DNA of 63,146 nt from Octopus sinensis (GCF_006345805.1 NW_021831867.1:1-63146); one strand, 5' to 3'. Counted from the first letter of the stretch, positions 1 to 11,320 are shown. Numbers and translations: made by a program. The notes: generated from the letters alone by a model not told the origin.

Positions 1-3
1 GTA

Positions 4-1056
4 CAGTCAACCCTCTCTATAATGAACAAAATGTCCACGGTCAAAACAATGTTCATATTGTCTATAGTGAACAAAAGGAATCGAAATAACAATAAACAAT
101 ATTAAAGTATAATTACAAAGATTATTAGAGATTTTATATGTAATCGGTGATTTTTTGAGAATGATTAGTTTGAAATTTCTTAAAATTTTTTGTATTTCGT
201 ATACTTTTCTCTTTGTTCATAATCATTCTCAAGAAACATAAATTCAAGCGCCTTCGCATATTCACTAGCTCATATAGTGTCGGAACATAAATTTTTTCAT
301 CTTCCTCTTCAACTTGGTCTTGCTGTTTTAGTTTTCTCGCAAAGTTTTGTATAAAGTTTTCGTCGTCATTTGATCATTTTCATGAATCAAAAAATTTTCA
401 TCATCTATTTCTTCTATTTCTGTCAGGTTCTGTATTAACGCATTTTCAAATGCTTTCTTGAAACAATTGTAATTGTTAATTACCGACACTTCTAACCAAG
501 CTTGATTTATGAATATCAAGCAATTCAATAGAGTGAATTTCTTCAACTTTTCCGTAACTTTTTCGTGATCTACATTGTCATCATTAGTATAAAATTCAAT
601 CAAGTGTGCACATAGGAGTTGTCTATACCTGTCTTTGAATGATTTTATTATTCCTTGATCAAGGGGTTGTAACTTCGATGTTGTATTTGGAGGGAAAAAG
701 AGTTCGATGTTACTGAACTCTAAATCACGTGAGTGTACAGTTGCATATCAAGTAGAATTAGAATTTTTCTTTTTGCAAAATCATTTTTTGTTCAATTCTA
801 TGAGCCATTCTGAGAAATAACCATATGTCTTTCATGCTTTTTTATTTGATTTGTATTCCACTTGTAAATTATTAATTAAATTTCTTCTTCTTTTAAAGCA
901 GCGTGGATTTTTGGCTTTTCCAATAACAAATGGATCAAGTTTTTCTCCCATCATACTAACGCAAAACATAACAGTTACTCTTTCTTTTATCGGTTATTAG
1001 ACAGATTTTTGTATCGTAGTCGAACTACAAAAAACTCGTGCATTAAACTCGTGCAT
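4..1056 (-). mobile_element. pogo/Tigger DNA transposon, 3' part (transposase DDE_1 fragment plus terminal inverted repeat)
   Basis: TA followed by TIR-like CAGTCAACCCTCTCTATAATG at 2-24. Minus-strand translation with frameshifts gives KERVTVMFCV, KILILLD, FPPNTTSKLQPLDQGIIKSFK and AWLEVS..NCFKKAF, all pogo/Tigger motifs. The element is truncated at about 1056, where it joins the CEPT copy. Confidence 0.85.
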
Positions 1057-1725
1057 TAGTGCAAGTTGTAGGAAACCAGTCCGAGGGCTGGAAGTGGCTG
1101 GAAAAGTGGAAGAACGGCCAAGAAAAGTGTCAGTCCCAGAAAAGTAGGATCGTAAGCCCAGGGAAGGAAGAGAGTGCCAGTAATGTATTCTCCCAATGTG
1201 AGAGATAAAACAAAGAGAGAACTGAGCCAAGATTGAAAACTAATCTCCCAAGTGACATCCCTCCACTGCCCCCGCAGACATAAAGGGAGGAGAAGACGAA
1301 CATGACCAACAAAAAGGCAGAAAAACTATCACAGCCGTGGTCGAGGAGTTCCCCCATGGCACTGCTGATCCCCAACTTCCTGGCCTGCATTCCGTCAGTT
1401 CCGTCGAGGGTGTGTGAGAGAAATGTGCAGAAAGAAGTGACAAGCCACGCCTAGCCAGGAATGGGAAGGAAGACGACAAGTAGGTTGAACCACAAAAATT
1501 ATGGTCGTATTGGTCAATGGCAAAATAGACTATGATGAGGACAGACAAATGAGGAGGGTTAGGACATTCGGGGATAGCCAGACCGGGCAGTAGGACTCGG
1601 CAATCCAACGCCAGAATGGCTTGGTTATGTATTTAGACACAGGACTGTTGTCTACAGCATTGTATTTGTATGCTTTTATTCTCTCCGCTTCGTTGCTATC
1701 AAGATACGATGTAAAAAAACGACAT
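1057..1725 (-). pseudogene. Choline/ethanolamine phosphotransferase (CEPT1/EPT1 family), 3'-truncated copy
   Basis: YKYNAVDNSPVSKY and the CDP-alcohol phosphotransferase motif LDGTDGMQARK..SSAMGELLDHGCDS are present. The gene is frameshifted and cut at 1057 by the pogo remnant. Confidence 0.85.
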
Positions 1726-1783
1726 TTATACAACAACCACGGCACACTTTGAATATTAAAAGTTTATTTAAAAATTGAGAAAA

Positions 1784-1864
1784 TACCGACAGTGGGATTC
1801 GAACCCACGAGGACATTGTCCAATGCATCTAAGTGCACCGCCTTAACCGCTCGGCCATATCGGT
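1784..1864 (-). tRNA. tRNA-Leu(UAA) copy with a 1-nt deletion in the anticodon loop
   Basis: Cloverleaf with acceptor ACCGATA/TGTCGGT, a long variable arm and T-loop TTCGAAT. The loop reads CTTAGA (6 nt) versus CTTAAGA in copy 2. Confidence 0.85.
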
Positions 1865-1915
1865 GTTTTTATAGTTTTATTACTTTTAAACTAATACATA
1901 TTACGTTATTTGTAT

Positions 1916-4044
1916 TTATTATTATAGCACTTTCACGAAAGCCATAATGTTTATAGCCCCGCATGTGCAACACTCAATGTAACGATATTTAAGGTTAGTT
2001 TTTTCCATTTTCCTCTGTCGTATGCGAGTGATCTTAATTCCTCCAGGTCGTCCCCCGTCTTTAGGTTTTTCCTCACTCGATTTAGGTCTTTGTTTAAGGC
2101 AGTTGGAAGTGTCGATCTAGGTCGTCCGCGGAAGGGTATGTCGCATCTGTCGAAGTAGTCTTCCATCGCTTTGTTAGCTGGTGCGTCCGGGTTCATTCTT
2201 AGTACATGCCCGAATAGCCTCCACCGGGCATCTACCACATCCCCGCTGATGCAGGAGCACATACACTTGTAGATACCATTGGTTGATATTCGACGTGGCC
2301 ACTCCATTCCGAGTAAGCTTCTTAGTTGCCTTCTATGGAATGAGTCCAGTTTCAGTAGATCGTTGAAGGAACATCCCCATGTCCCAGCGTTGTACAGCAG
2401 GATCGGTTTCACAAACGCGTTGTAGAGCCTGCATCTGATGCCAACTCCAAGTCCTTTGGCTCTTAGCCATCCTTTCTTCAGTTTCGCCAATGCCGAATTC
2501 GCCAGTGTTTTCCTCCTTAGTACATCTTCAGCGTCTCCCAGTAGGGATCCAAGCTTATTAGTGTGTCTCCATCTTTCATGGGTAGTATCATCTTCTCTTT
2601 GGATTTCCGTAATCTCAGTTTTGTTCACATTTACGCTGAGGACCCATTCCCAAGCTCCCAAGCTCCATAGGTGTTGGAGTGCGGTCACGTCCCGTGATAC
2701 GAAATCCACATCATCGGCATAGGATGTTTCTTTCTATGTCTCCCGTATAGCATTTACGGAGGTCGCGGAGTGCAGATTCAAGGTAGATGGTGAATAGTAG
2801 GGGGGAGAGAGAGTCACCCTGGAGTGTCCCAGTCGTTGTTTTGAAACTGCGGGAAGTTGCTCCTTCTGTCCTCACGAATAGTCTTGTGTTCGCAAGTAGT
2901 AGTCTGATTATTCTAACCGATGATTCATCCAGTATTTGCTCAAGCACATTCATCAGTTTCTGTATGTTATTGAGTCAAAGGCTCTGGAGAGATCTATTCC
3001 CAGCACGGTCGTTGTGCTCTTGAATCTTTGGTGCGTTGCGCAGCGCCATCTGTGGCTCCATACAATGTCTGCCGTAGACCTCCCATCTCGGAACCCACTT
3101 TGACTCGGTGATAGTATTGATCCGCCACACCCTTTATCCGCCTTAGTGCGACGTCTGCCAGCACCTTGCGTATCGAATTCAGGAGTATTATCGGGAGGAG
3201 ATTTTCTACGGGTCCTTTTGGTTTGTTGGATTTGTATGGGTATTAGTAATCCATTCCAAGTCCCAGATCGGTATTAGTTTCGAAAATTTCATTTAGGGTT
3301 TTTGCAATTGTGTCGCTGAGTTTTTTTGGCCCATATTTTAGGAGCTCGGGGCTTATGTTGTCCGGCCCAGCACTCTTGTTGTTCCTCAGTTTATTTATCG
3401 CTAGTTCCACTCTTCCGCTGTGATTGGGATTTTTAACGCTTTTGCATCTCCCTGGAAACAGGGAAAGTCCGTGTTTTCTATTCAGCAAGGTTTCGAAGTT
3501 TCGTGCGATCAGCTCTGCTTTTTCTTTTGGATTACCCACGAATTTTCCATCTTTGTCTTTAATGTGGAGGATGTTTTGTCCTTTCTTAGTAGTCCGCAGT
3601 AGTCGTAGGGCCGCATACATCCTTGAGTTGTCTTTTAGGCATTCCACATCTTTTAGTAGGGATGTAATGATTTCTCGTGAGTATTTTCGGTTCATCTTTT
3701 GGATTTTGCACTTTAGTTCCCTTGTTGGATGTTAAGCTCCTTTTTCTTAATCTCGTCTGCCGTGTTTGCGGCTTTTAGCCGTACCTCTCTGCGATGCTTT
3801 GCCATGTCTGGCACGTTCGGGTGGTGATCCAGTTTTAGGGCACAATGATTTCGGACTCCAAGGCATATACTGGCCGCCTTGGAGATTGCCCGCTTTGTTT
3901 GGTCCCACCGGGTTCGTAATGAAGTTCTGGTGTGGTTTTCTCCATAAGAGTCTCAATTGCTTGTGATAATTGTCTTTACAAGTGGGCTCCAGCCACAATT
4001 CTCTGCTGGAAGTGTATTTTGGCCTTTGTCTCGCCTTCTTCGCG
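1916..4044 (-). mobile_element. RTE-clade non-LTR retrotransposon, 5'-truncated, frameshifted RT
   Basis: GTLQGDSLSPLLF, YADDVDF, LDSFHRRQLR and RWRLFGHVLRM motifs; (TAA)n-like tail; 7-bp TSD TTTGTAT at 1909-1915 and 4045-4051; empty site in copy 2 near 30415. Confidence 0.92.
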
Positions 4045-4571
4045 TTTGTATATTTAGCTTCGTAATTTTTAATAGGTTTTTATCTCTTTTTTATTAGTAC
4101 TTTTTAATTTATCTCAAATCAATTTTCTTTCTCTTTCTAGATTGCCAATCTCTTAATAAGCATACTTATCCATCTCATAGGCCTGGCCTCTTTTGTTGTC
4201 GTTCTCATCTATCAAAGATTCTTCCGTTGCTCTATTTGTAAGCCGAGCCTTTCGGCGTTGCTCCGGCGGCATCATTCCAGCTTATGTCCCCATCCATACT
4301 CTCTAATGTTTTCCTGACAACCATCGACTGAATGTAAGCTCGTTTGGGTCCCTGAGACTGATTTAGTCGCAGTGATGTTTCTAGAATTTACTCACAACAT
4401 TTTAATGTTAGTAGAAATGGTGCTATAGTTACGCTGTGGATTACTCACAGTTCACAGATAGTAATCCATAAACCCTGCTTCCATACTATTGTAAAAAGGC
4501 AAGGCATTAAACAAATATGGGACACATAAATGCACTCAGTGGTTGCATGAGGTATAAAAAGGAAAAGCCTT

Positions 4572-4637
4572 GTCTGTCGATGTGGGTCACCTTCTCGCGG
4601 TGGCAGATAATAGTTCTATACTACGATAAGACTCACA
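4572..4637 (+). ncRNA. HDV-like self-cleaving ribozyme fold at the 5' end of the Ingi/Vingi-like LINE
   Basis: P1 GTCTGTC/GGCAGAT with a G1-U wobble, P2 TGTGGGTC/GACTCACA, P3 ACC/GGT around L3 TTCTCGC, P4 TAGT/ACTA, then C4624 leading J4/2. The elements occur in HDV order. Confidence 0.8.
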
Positions 4638-5450
4638 ACTACTCCCCTATCGAAGCCGTTGCTCCCAAAGGCCTCTTTGCTTATCAAACTCGCCCTTCTC
4701 CTTTCCGGAAACATTGAACCAAATCCTGTCCCCAGCAAGAAGACCCTATTACGTATCTTGCAGATCAACATCAATGGGATTGCTCCGAAGACTGCTGAAC
4801 TTTATTCCTTTCCTGGAGAAGCACGACATTCCTTTGTGCAAGAAACGAAGCTCTCGACCAAAAATCACTTTCCTGGATACTCATACGTCCGGCTGTGTAC
4901 TCCAATTCTGGCCCCTGTTACTTCTTTGAAGGTCATTTACGACCTAAATACTTTCCTCAAGGAATTATACAAAATTTCTCGCAAAGTTACAGCCACGAAG
5001 TAAACGCCCTTATAAAGACTCGTAACAAACTGAAACGGGAAAATGGATAGAACTGATGAATCTAAACAAACAAATCACTGCTGCCATACATCGCCCTCGA
5101 AATTATCGGTTATTTTCTTCCGACAATCAAACCTTCACCCGAAGTTATCTCTCTTTGGTTCTGACCTCCCACTATGCAAAAACCTACTATCCTCGGACTT
5201 ACTTTTGATCCAACTATGTCCTTCACATGTCTCTAACATTTCTGTCAAGGCAAACAGACGCAAAAACAAAGCAATAAGTGGTCACATTACAATAAGTTAT
5301 GCGAGTCCAAGCTGGGCGCCCTGCTTATCCATAAACTCGACAATGGCACTTCAATCAGTACAAAACAAGGCACAATATGTGGGTGTCTAAAATCAACCCC
5401 AATTGATAACCTCCACTGTGAAACAAACCTTTTGAAGATCATCTAATATG
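4572..5450 (+). mobile_element. Internally deleted Ingi/Vingi-like non-LTR retroelement (ribozyme, 2A-like peptide, APE and RT remnants)
   Basis: LLLSG(N/D)IEPNP(V/G)P, then LRILQININGI and VQETKL (APE), PTILGLTFDPTMSF and ISYASPSWAP..STPIDNLHCE (RT C-terminus). Total length is about 0.9 kb. The 3' end is approximate. Confidence 0.8.
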
Positions 5451-6125
5451 AGAGGAGTGCCATGCGCACAATATTTTATAAGCGTGATTGTGTTTATTCT
5501 CAGCCACTGACTGAACAGAGTAGATTTTTAAACTCATTGATTTCTTAATTACATTCTCCCTGCATGTACACATCTGCCTTGGTGAGTAGTCATTATTATT
5601 TGTAGATGATCAATGAACAGTTGGTGTATATGTAGCCATCATCTTGGTCATCCATCATAACTTTGGGTACTTTCACTGAGTGGATTCATTACAAATGCAA
5701 AGATTTGGAGTGACAAGAAATCACCCTGAGTATGTTTCTTTCCATTTTGATTTTCCAATCACGTTCTGGTTGGGGATTGGCTTAATTTCCAATTTGCGAC
5801 AAGGTCGGAGTGAGGGAGGCCGAGTTTGCAAGAAAGTCGTGATCAACCGAATGGAACGCTTTATCACATCAATCCAGATAAAAAACAAATTATTTCCGCT
5901 TTATTTGTGAATGGACTGATTAATTATTGCTCGTTCGACACCCTGGCACATTATCGGGTGATTATTGGCAAACACATAACGACACTCATGACTCGATTCA
6001 GGAAGGAAACATGACTTTGTTGTTTTGGATGATTAGGAGGAATAAAGTATAATTAAATGTAAAAAATAGAATAGAGTAGAAAAGTAAAAAATAAATAGTC
6101 GATTAGTTTTAGTGGTGTGGATAAG

Positions 6126-6951
6126 ATGGGCGACGAGAAAAGGTAGTAGATGAATGATAGAACTAGTAAACTTAATTAATTAGAAAATTATTTGTTGGTG
6201 GGTTAGCCTCAGAGACAAATAATGGTAATGGGTGTTAGAAATAGAAGAATCGATGAAGGCGTACTTTGGTCGGTTCGGTGAAGTGGAGGAGTGCATAGTG
6301 ATGACGAACGTGGAGACAGGGCAGTCGCGTGGATTTGGATTTGTGACATTCGAGTCTGCTTTGTCAGTGCAGAAAGTGATGGGTACATTGACGCACGTGG
6401 TGGATGGGAGGCAAGTGGACCCGAAGATGTGCAATCCGCGAGGGAAAGTAATAAGTTGGTGGAGTAGTGAAGGGTGGAGGAGATGGGTCGGACGGGAAGA
6501 TCTTCATAGGGGGACTGCCTGCGAACTGCACAGAGGAGACGATAAAGGCCTTTTTTTCGTACTACGGAAATGTGAGTGGTTGAATGACATGTGAGGTGAC
6601 GGACACTATTTTGATGATGGACCAGAACAGAGAACGCCACCGAGGGTTCGGATTCGTCACGTTCGATTCACAAGAGCCCGTCAACCGTCTGTGCATGGAG
6701 AGATACGTCGTCATTAGTGGCAAGAGAGTTGGCCCATCTTGTCAACGTAGGTCGAGTGCAAACTGGCTCAGCCACTCACTGGTCGTCGCACCACCCCTCG
6801 CTGGCCACGCCCATATCACATGCCTCTCTACCACTTTGGAGGGCTCACTGACTGGACTATGCAGGACTACTGGGACCAACAGTACCACTACGCACAACAG
6901 CAGTGGGCTGCACAACAAATGGGCTACCCTCCTCCCGACCAACCTAACTAG
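6126..6951 (+). CDS. Two-RRM RNA-binding protein (DAZAP1/Hrb27C/Musashi-like), 6 exons
   Basis: Spliced frame MGDEKRKLFVGGL..SRGFGFVTF..DGRQVDPK..KIFIGGLP..HRGFGFVTF..VECKLAQP followed by a Q/Y/W-rich tail. Five GT-AG introns of 41, 20, 25, 24 and 23 nt restore the frame. Confidence 0.9.
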
Positions 6952-7030
6952 TCCATTCTTTATTTGGCTTCTTGTTTGTTTTATTGTGGCCACCCTGTTC
7001 TAGTTGTCATGATAACCATCCTACTTTACA

Positions 7031-7683
7031 ATGTTCACTAATACTTTCCAAAGCGGCATGTTGTCCATTTTGTACAGCATTGGCAGTAAGCCACTCCAAA
7101 TATGGGACAAACAGGCACATCTCCTCTATCACCACCACAGGTCAAGAACGGACACATCAAGAGAATCACCGACAACGACATCCAGTCACTCGTCCTCGAG
7201 ATTGCCGGCACTAATGTCAGGTCCGCTCATTCCCCCCACTCCTTAGCACCACCTACATCACCTCACCACTATGGACGTCACTCTCGGCATCAAACTCCCC
7301 TTTCTTGTCATGATCATCAAAAACCTCAAAAAGTACTTCACCTTCGAAGTCCAAGTCCTCGACGACAAAAACGTCAAACGACGATTCCGTGCCAGCAACT
7401 ACCAAAGCACCACCCGAGTTAAGCCCTTCATCTGCACCATGCCCATGCGACTCGACGACGGGTGGAACCAAATACAGTTCAACCTGTCGGACTTCACCAG
7501 ACGTGCCTACGGGACTAATTACATCGAGACTTTGAGGGTCCAGGTCACTCCCTCTCCCCATTTTAGATCCATGCAAACTGCCGCATTCGACGAGTCTTTT
7601 TCTCCGAGAGGCTCTACTCCGAGGACGAACTCCCCGCAGAGTTCAAGTTGTATCTCCCCGTCCAGAACAAGGCTCGTTCTTAA
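7031..7683 (+). CDS. CFAP20: Cilia- and flagella-associated protein 20 (Bug22), copy 1; apparent 1-nt frameshift near 7265
   Basis: [83 protein letters not shown]. Introns are 26 nt (GC-AG), 26 nt and 23 nt. The segment after TYIT is 17 nt versus 18 nt in copy 2, so this is either an error or a lesion. Confidence 0.93.
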
Positions 7684-7862
7684 CACACTAATTCACTATT
7701 AACGCTAATATGTTCGGGTTATGATTGCTCATATCCTTTCCTTCAGACAAGTCCTGTTACATTAACTGAACTGCCATTATTCTATCCAGCATATTCGGGA
7801 GATCAATCAGTCCAAGATTTTGAATTTGACTGATTTTGTATCAAAAGTTCAAATGATAAATG

Positions 7863-9790
7863 GTAGTTTATAGAACGAATGCATTGTAGAGGCACAAACG
7901 AAGCGCAATCGTTACCGGCCTGTTAGCCACCCAATCCGTTTTTAGCCTGTTCAACGCGGCCGTCGATAGTACTTTCCTTCGGGTAATGTCCTCACTATCT
8001 CCGAGGAGTGTGCCCAGTTTTCTGGAATGTCTCCATTCATCATCTAGTCTTGAACTCATGCGTGCGACTTCCGTGATTTCCGTTTTGGTTGTGTTCACAG
8101 TGAGGAACCATTTTCCAAGCTCTGCTGGGGCAACATCAAGTAACCGCCTCAAGGCTGCTGTGTCGTGTGATACAAAATCCACATCGTCAGCGTATACAAT
8201 TTCGGTGATTTGTCCGTTATAAAAGAGCCTGAGATCACGCCTCCAGGTATATCACGAACAGCAAAGGGGAAAGGGAGTCTCCCTGAGGGGTACCCACTGT
8301 CGTCGAAAAATTCCTGGATGACGTACTCCCAATTTGTACTTTTAATTCCGTGTTCGACAATAGGACTTCTATCATCCTGACGCAATCCCCGTCGAGGAAT
8401 CCCCGCAAAACACTAATAAGTTTTCCTCGGCGAATTGTGTCGAAGGCTCTCGACATGTCGATCCCTAGAATTGTAGTCGCACTCTCGAATCTTTGGCAAG
8501 TAGCGCAACGCCATCTGTGTCCCCAGACCACATCAGCAGTAGATCTACCCGTCCTGAACCCACTGTGGTTCAAAGACAGGAATTCGTTCGCAGGCTCTTG
8601 TATACGGTCTAGAACCACGAGAGCAAGGACCTTTCTCAGCGTATTGAGTAGAATGACTGGTCGCAGGTTATCCACAGAGCCCATCTTCTTATTTGGTTTT
8701 TGAATCGGGACCAGAATTCCTTTGCCCAAAGGAAGAAGATCATTAGTTGTAAACATTTTGTTTAGTACTTTGGCCATGATTTCCATCAGTGTTTTAGGAC
8801 CTTATTTCAGTAACTCAGCACTTATACCATCCGGTCCCGGAGAGCGATTACTTTTCAGTCTATTCGTTGCTTTCATAACTTCTTCCACCGTGATTTCATT
8901 TATCAGGTTTGCCGGATTACTAATGATTAGGTCCACCTTTTCCCCGTCAACATTAAAAAGTCGCTCAAAATGAGTAGCAATAAGTTCTGCTTGTTCCGCA
9001 GCACCAAAATCATATTTCCGTTGTTGTCCTCGATCTTTAGTTTAATCTTTTGCTTCCTCCTCTTAAGCAACCTCATTGCTAAGAACATCTGTGCACAATC
9101 CTTTAGATTCTCCACTTCTTTTAGCCTGGCATCCAAAACGTTTGCAATGTGTTCGCTGTTTAACTTTTTGATCATTTTCTGTATCCTGGTGCGTTCCGAT
9201 TGTAAGAAAGTTTTCTGACCATATCCGTTGTGTTCTCTAGCGAGAGTCGGAGAGCCTTCTGTTTTGCAGCCATTGCAGGGACATCGGGATGGCATTGGTC
9301 TTTACAGCGTACATTGTACATTGTTCTATACAACTCCTCCTGTTGGGGGATCTCTGCTTCCGAAATTAAAAACCTTAACTCCTTCCACCGAAGACAACTG
9401 CGTATATTATGTGGGGTACAATGGCCGACCCGGATCAACAACGGGGCACTTTACCGTAAATGCTCAGCGCAACCTGTGATTCTGGATGTGATGGAAGCCC
9501 GATGGAGACTGTTCGGACATGTCCTACGGATGGACCAGACGTCACCCGCAAATTTGGCTATGGAAGAATATTTTGCCGCTAGTGGAAAGAAATTTTGGGG
9601 ACGCCCGCGCATTGCTCTACCGGAGGTGCTGGATGCTGACCTCAAATCAATCAACCGCAAGCTTAAAAATGGGATGATCTGGACGCAATGAGAAACTTAG
9701 CATGCAACAGGGGAGGTTGGACAAGGTATCAAGAAAATCGTTTCGTGGAAATATAACTATTATGTTTAAACTGGCGAATCAAACTAAACT
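7863..9790. mobile_element. RTE-clade retrotransposon with an inverted 5' part
   Basis: The minus strand from about 9315 to 7868 runs HPDVPAM..PQGDSLSPLLF..YADDVDF..LYNAFVL. The plus strand from about 9320 to 9750 continues IVLYNSSCWG..FHRRQLR..RWRLFGHVLRM. Absent from copy 2 (near 34361). Confidence 0.9.
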
Positions 9791-10089
9791 GGCGAGTAGG
9801 TAGACATCTCTGACTTAAAGGCGCTTCACTTTTCAGTAACTAATGTGCATGTCGAATGGTATCAAAAAAACTTTTACTGATACCATTAATCCCATCTCGC
9901 TACATATCCTTGTTGAATTCTGAATGTAACTCATTTTTGACAATGTAAACTAAATATTTATTGATTATTATAAAGAAGGAATCTGAATGTGACTGGTTTC
10001 TAAAATTTTGGATTGCCAAGGCAATAAATTTGAAAGATGCCTTCATCTCTCGTGAATTCGTGTGCGAATCGATTAGCGTTTGCAATGTC

Positions 10090-10360
10090 AGAGTCTTATC
10101 AAAAGAAAATTCCTAGATTTTAACTCAAACACATTTTTAATGTAGAGAAAAAAACAGTAAAATTCAGTAAGGGAAATATCATGGTATGGTGTGCCATATG
10201 GATTCAGTAATTTGGTTGGGAAAAGAAAAGATGGATGGAGCTTTGTATGTTAACATACAAACGAATAATCTTATCTCATTTCTGAACAAAATCGAAATTA
10301 ATTCCCAACAAGACAATGATCCGAAACATACTTCGGCAATACAAGGCGCTTTTTTCAAAT
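10090..10360 (+). mobile_element. Tc1 transposase remnant (also about 34650-34930)
   Basis: GNIMVWCA..MDGALYVNI..QQDNDPKHTS. A lone hAT-type end GTTGGCCACCCCTG follows at 10441-10454. Confidence 0.7.
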
Positions 10361-10499
10361 AAATAATATCTAATAAATAATATCGAATTACTAGTCTAAT
10401 TCATGCTTGTTCAGTTTTTATTTTTCTGACTGATCGACTGGTTGGCCACCCCTGGTTCACCGCCACTTTTTTGCACTGTTTTTTGATTTAGGGAAACTA

Positions 10500-11320
10500 T
10501 AAAAAGTAATTAAATTTGAAGATCACCAACCCAAAACGATTTGCTAGATAAATGTTCCCTTAATCCAATTGTTGACCAGTTCGAGATTGATAGAAAACTC
10601 GAGGTTGATCTAACATATGAATCAATTTATTTTGCGAAATACATGAATAGATAAAAGGGAATAAAATTGGATATTCATTATATAAATCACATGTGTTTAT
10701 GCATGTGGAATTGTTTTTGTTTCGAGAATCACACTTAAAATTTGTCTATATCACTAATACATTGTTATAGTAGTTCTTCGCCATGTAGAAAGGCATGTAT
10801 GTATCTCTTCAATTGAACTAACTGATTATTTTAAAATTAAACAGTGTCTGGCAGAAGTATTTCGACGATGTAGTCCGTGGAACAGTTGTCTGCATATAAA
10901 AGCCACTTATTCTCGAACATTCTCCACCCTGTCAAGTAGCCCCAGGTGATTTCAAGGGGAGTCACCAGGTGTTTTCAGAGTAACTATGATGAATACAGCA
11001 AGACAATACTTTCAGTACTCATTTCAATACTGTTGAATATTCCATTTACTTCGATGACTTTTGTGGAGATTATCCCCTGACTTTGGTCTGGGTCGGGTCG
11101 AAAATAAGGAAATACGAGTCTAAAAATGTGCTTTGATAAATATGATTCTACTTTTAACCGCAGATATAAGATCATCAAGTGTTGCCCCAACTTTCCTCAT
11201 TCTCCGGAAGAGCAGGATTTCTTCAAGCTTTATAAACCCGAAGTCGTCAGAAAGAAGTGCAAGATAGCCGTCAGCCATCATATTTGTGCTAATTTATGAT
11301 CAAAGTTTAGTTACTCTGAG
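10500..11320 (-). pseudogene. Tpt1/TRPT1 (RNA 2'-phosphotransferase)-like remnant
   Basis: Broken frames give DDFGFIKLEEILLFRRMRKVGATLDDLISAVKS, QLFHGLH..ILK..RYIHA and FYQSRTGQQL..GN. These follow the order of the Tpt1 DGFV, HGT, R-HIH and FFRSANG blocks. Many stops; recognised by eye only. Confidence 0.45.

Noticed and set aside
4135-4330. MFS transporter-like remnant (LFVSRAFG..GGIIPAYV)
   Set aside because: Short, frameshifted and supported only by hydrophobicity and a loose motif.
4435-4470. 11-bp hairpin TGTGGATTACT..AGTAATCCATA upstream of the ribozyme
   Set aside because: No TSD, partner or family match; it cannot be distinguished from a MITE scrap or chance.
5450-6020. Possible gene divergent from the RRM gene
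   Set aside because: No recognisable motif in any frame; short ORFs only.
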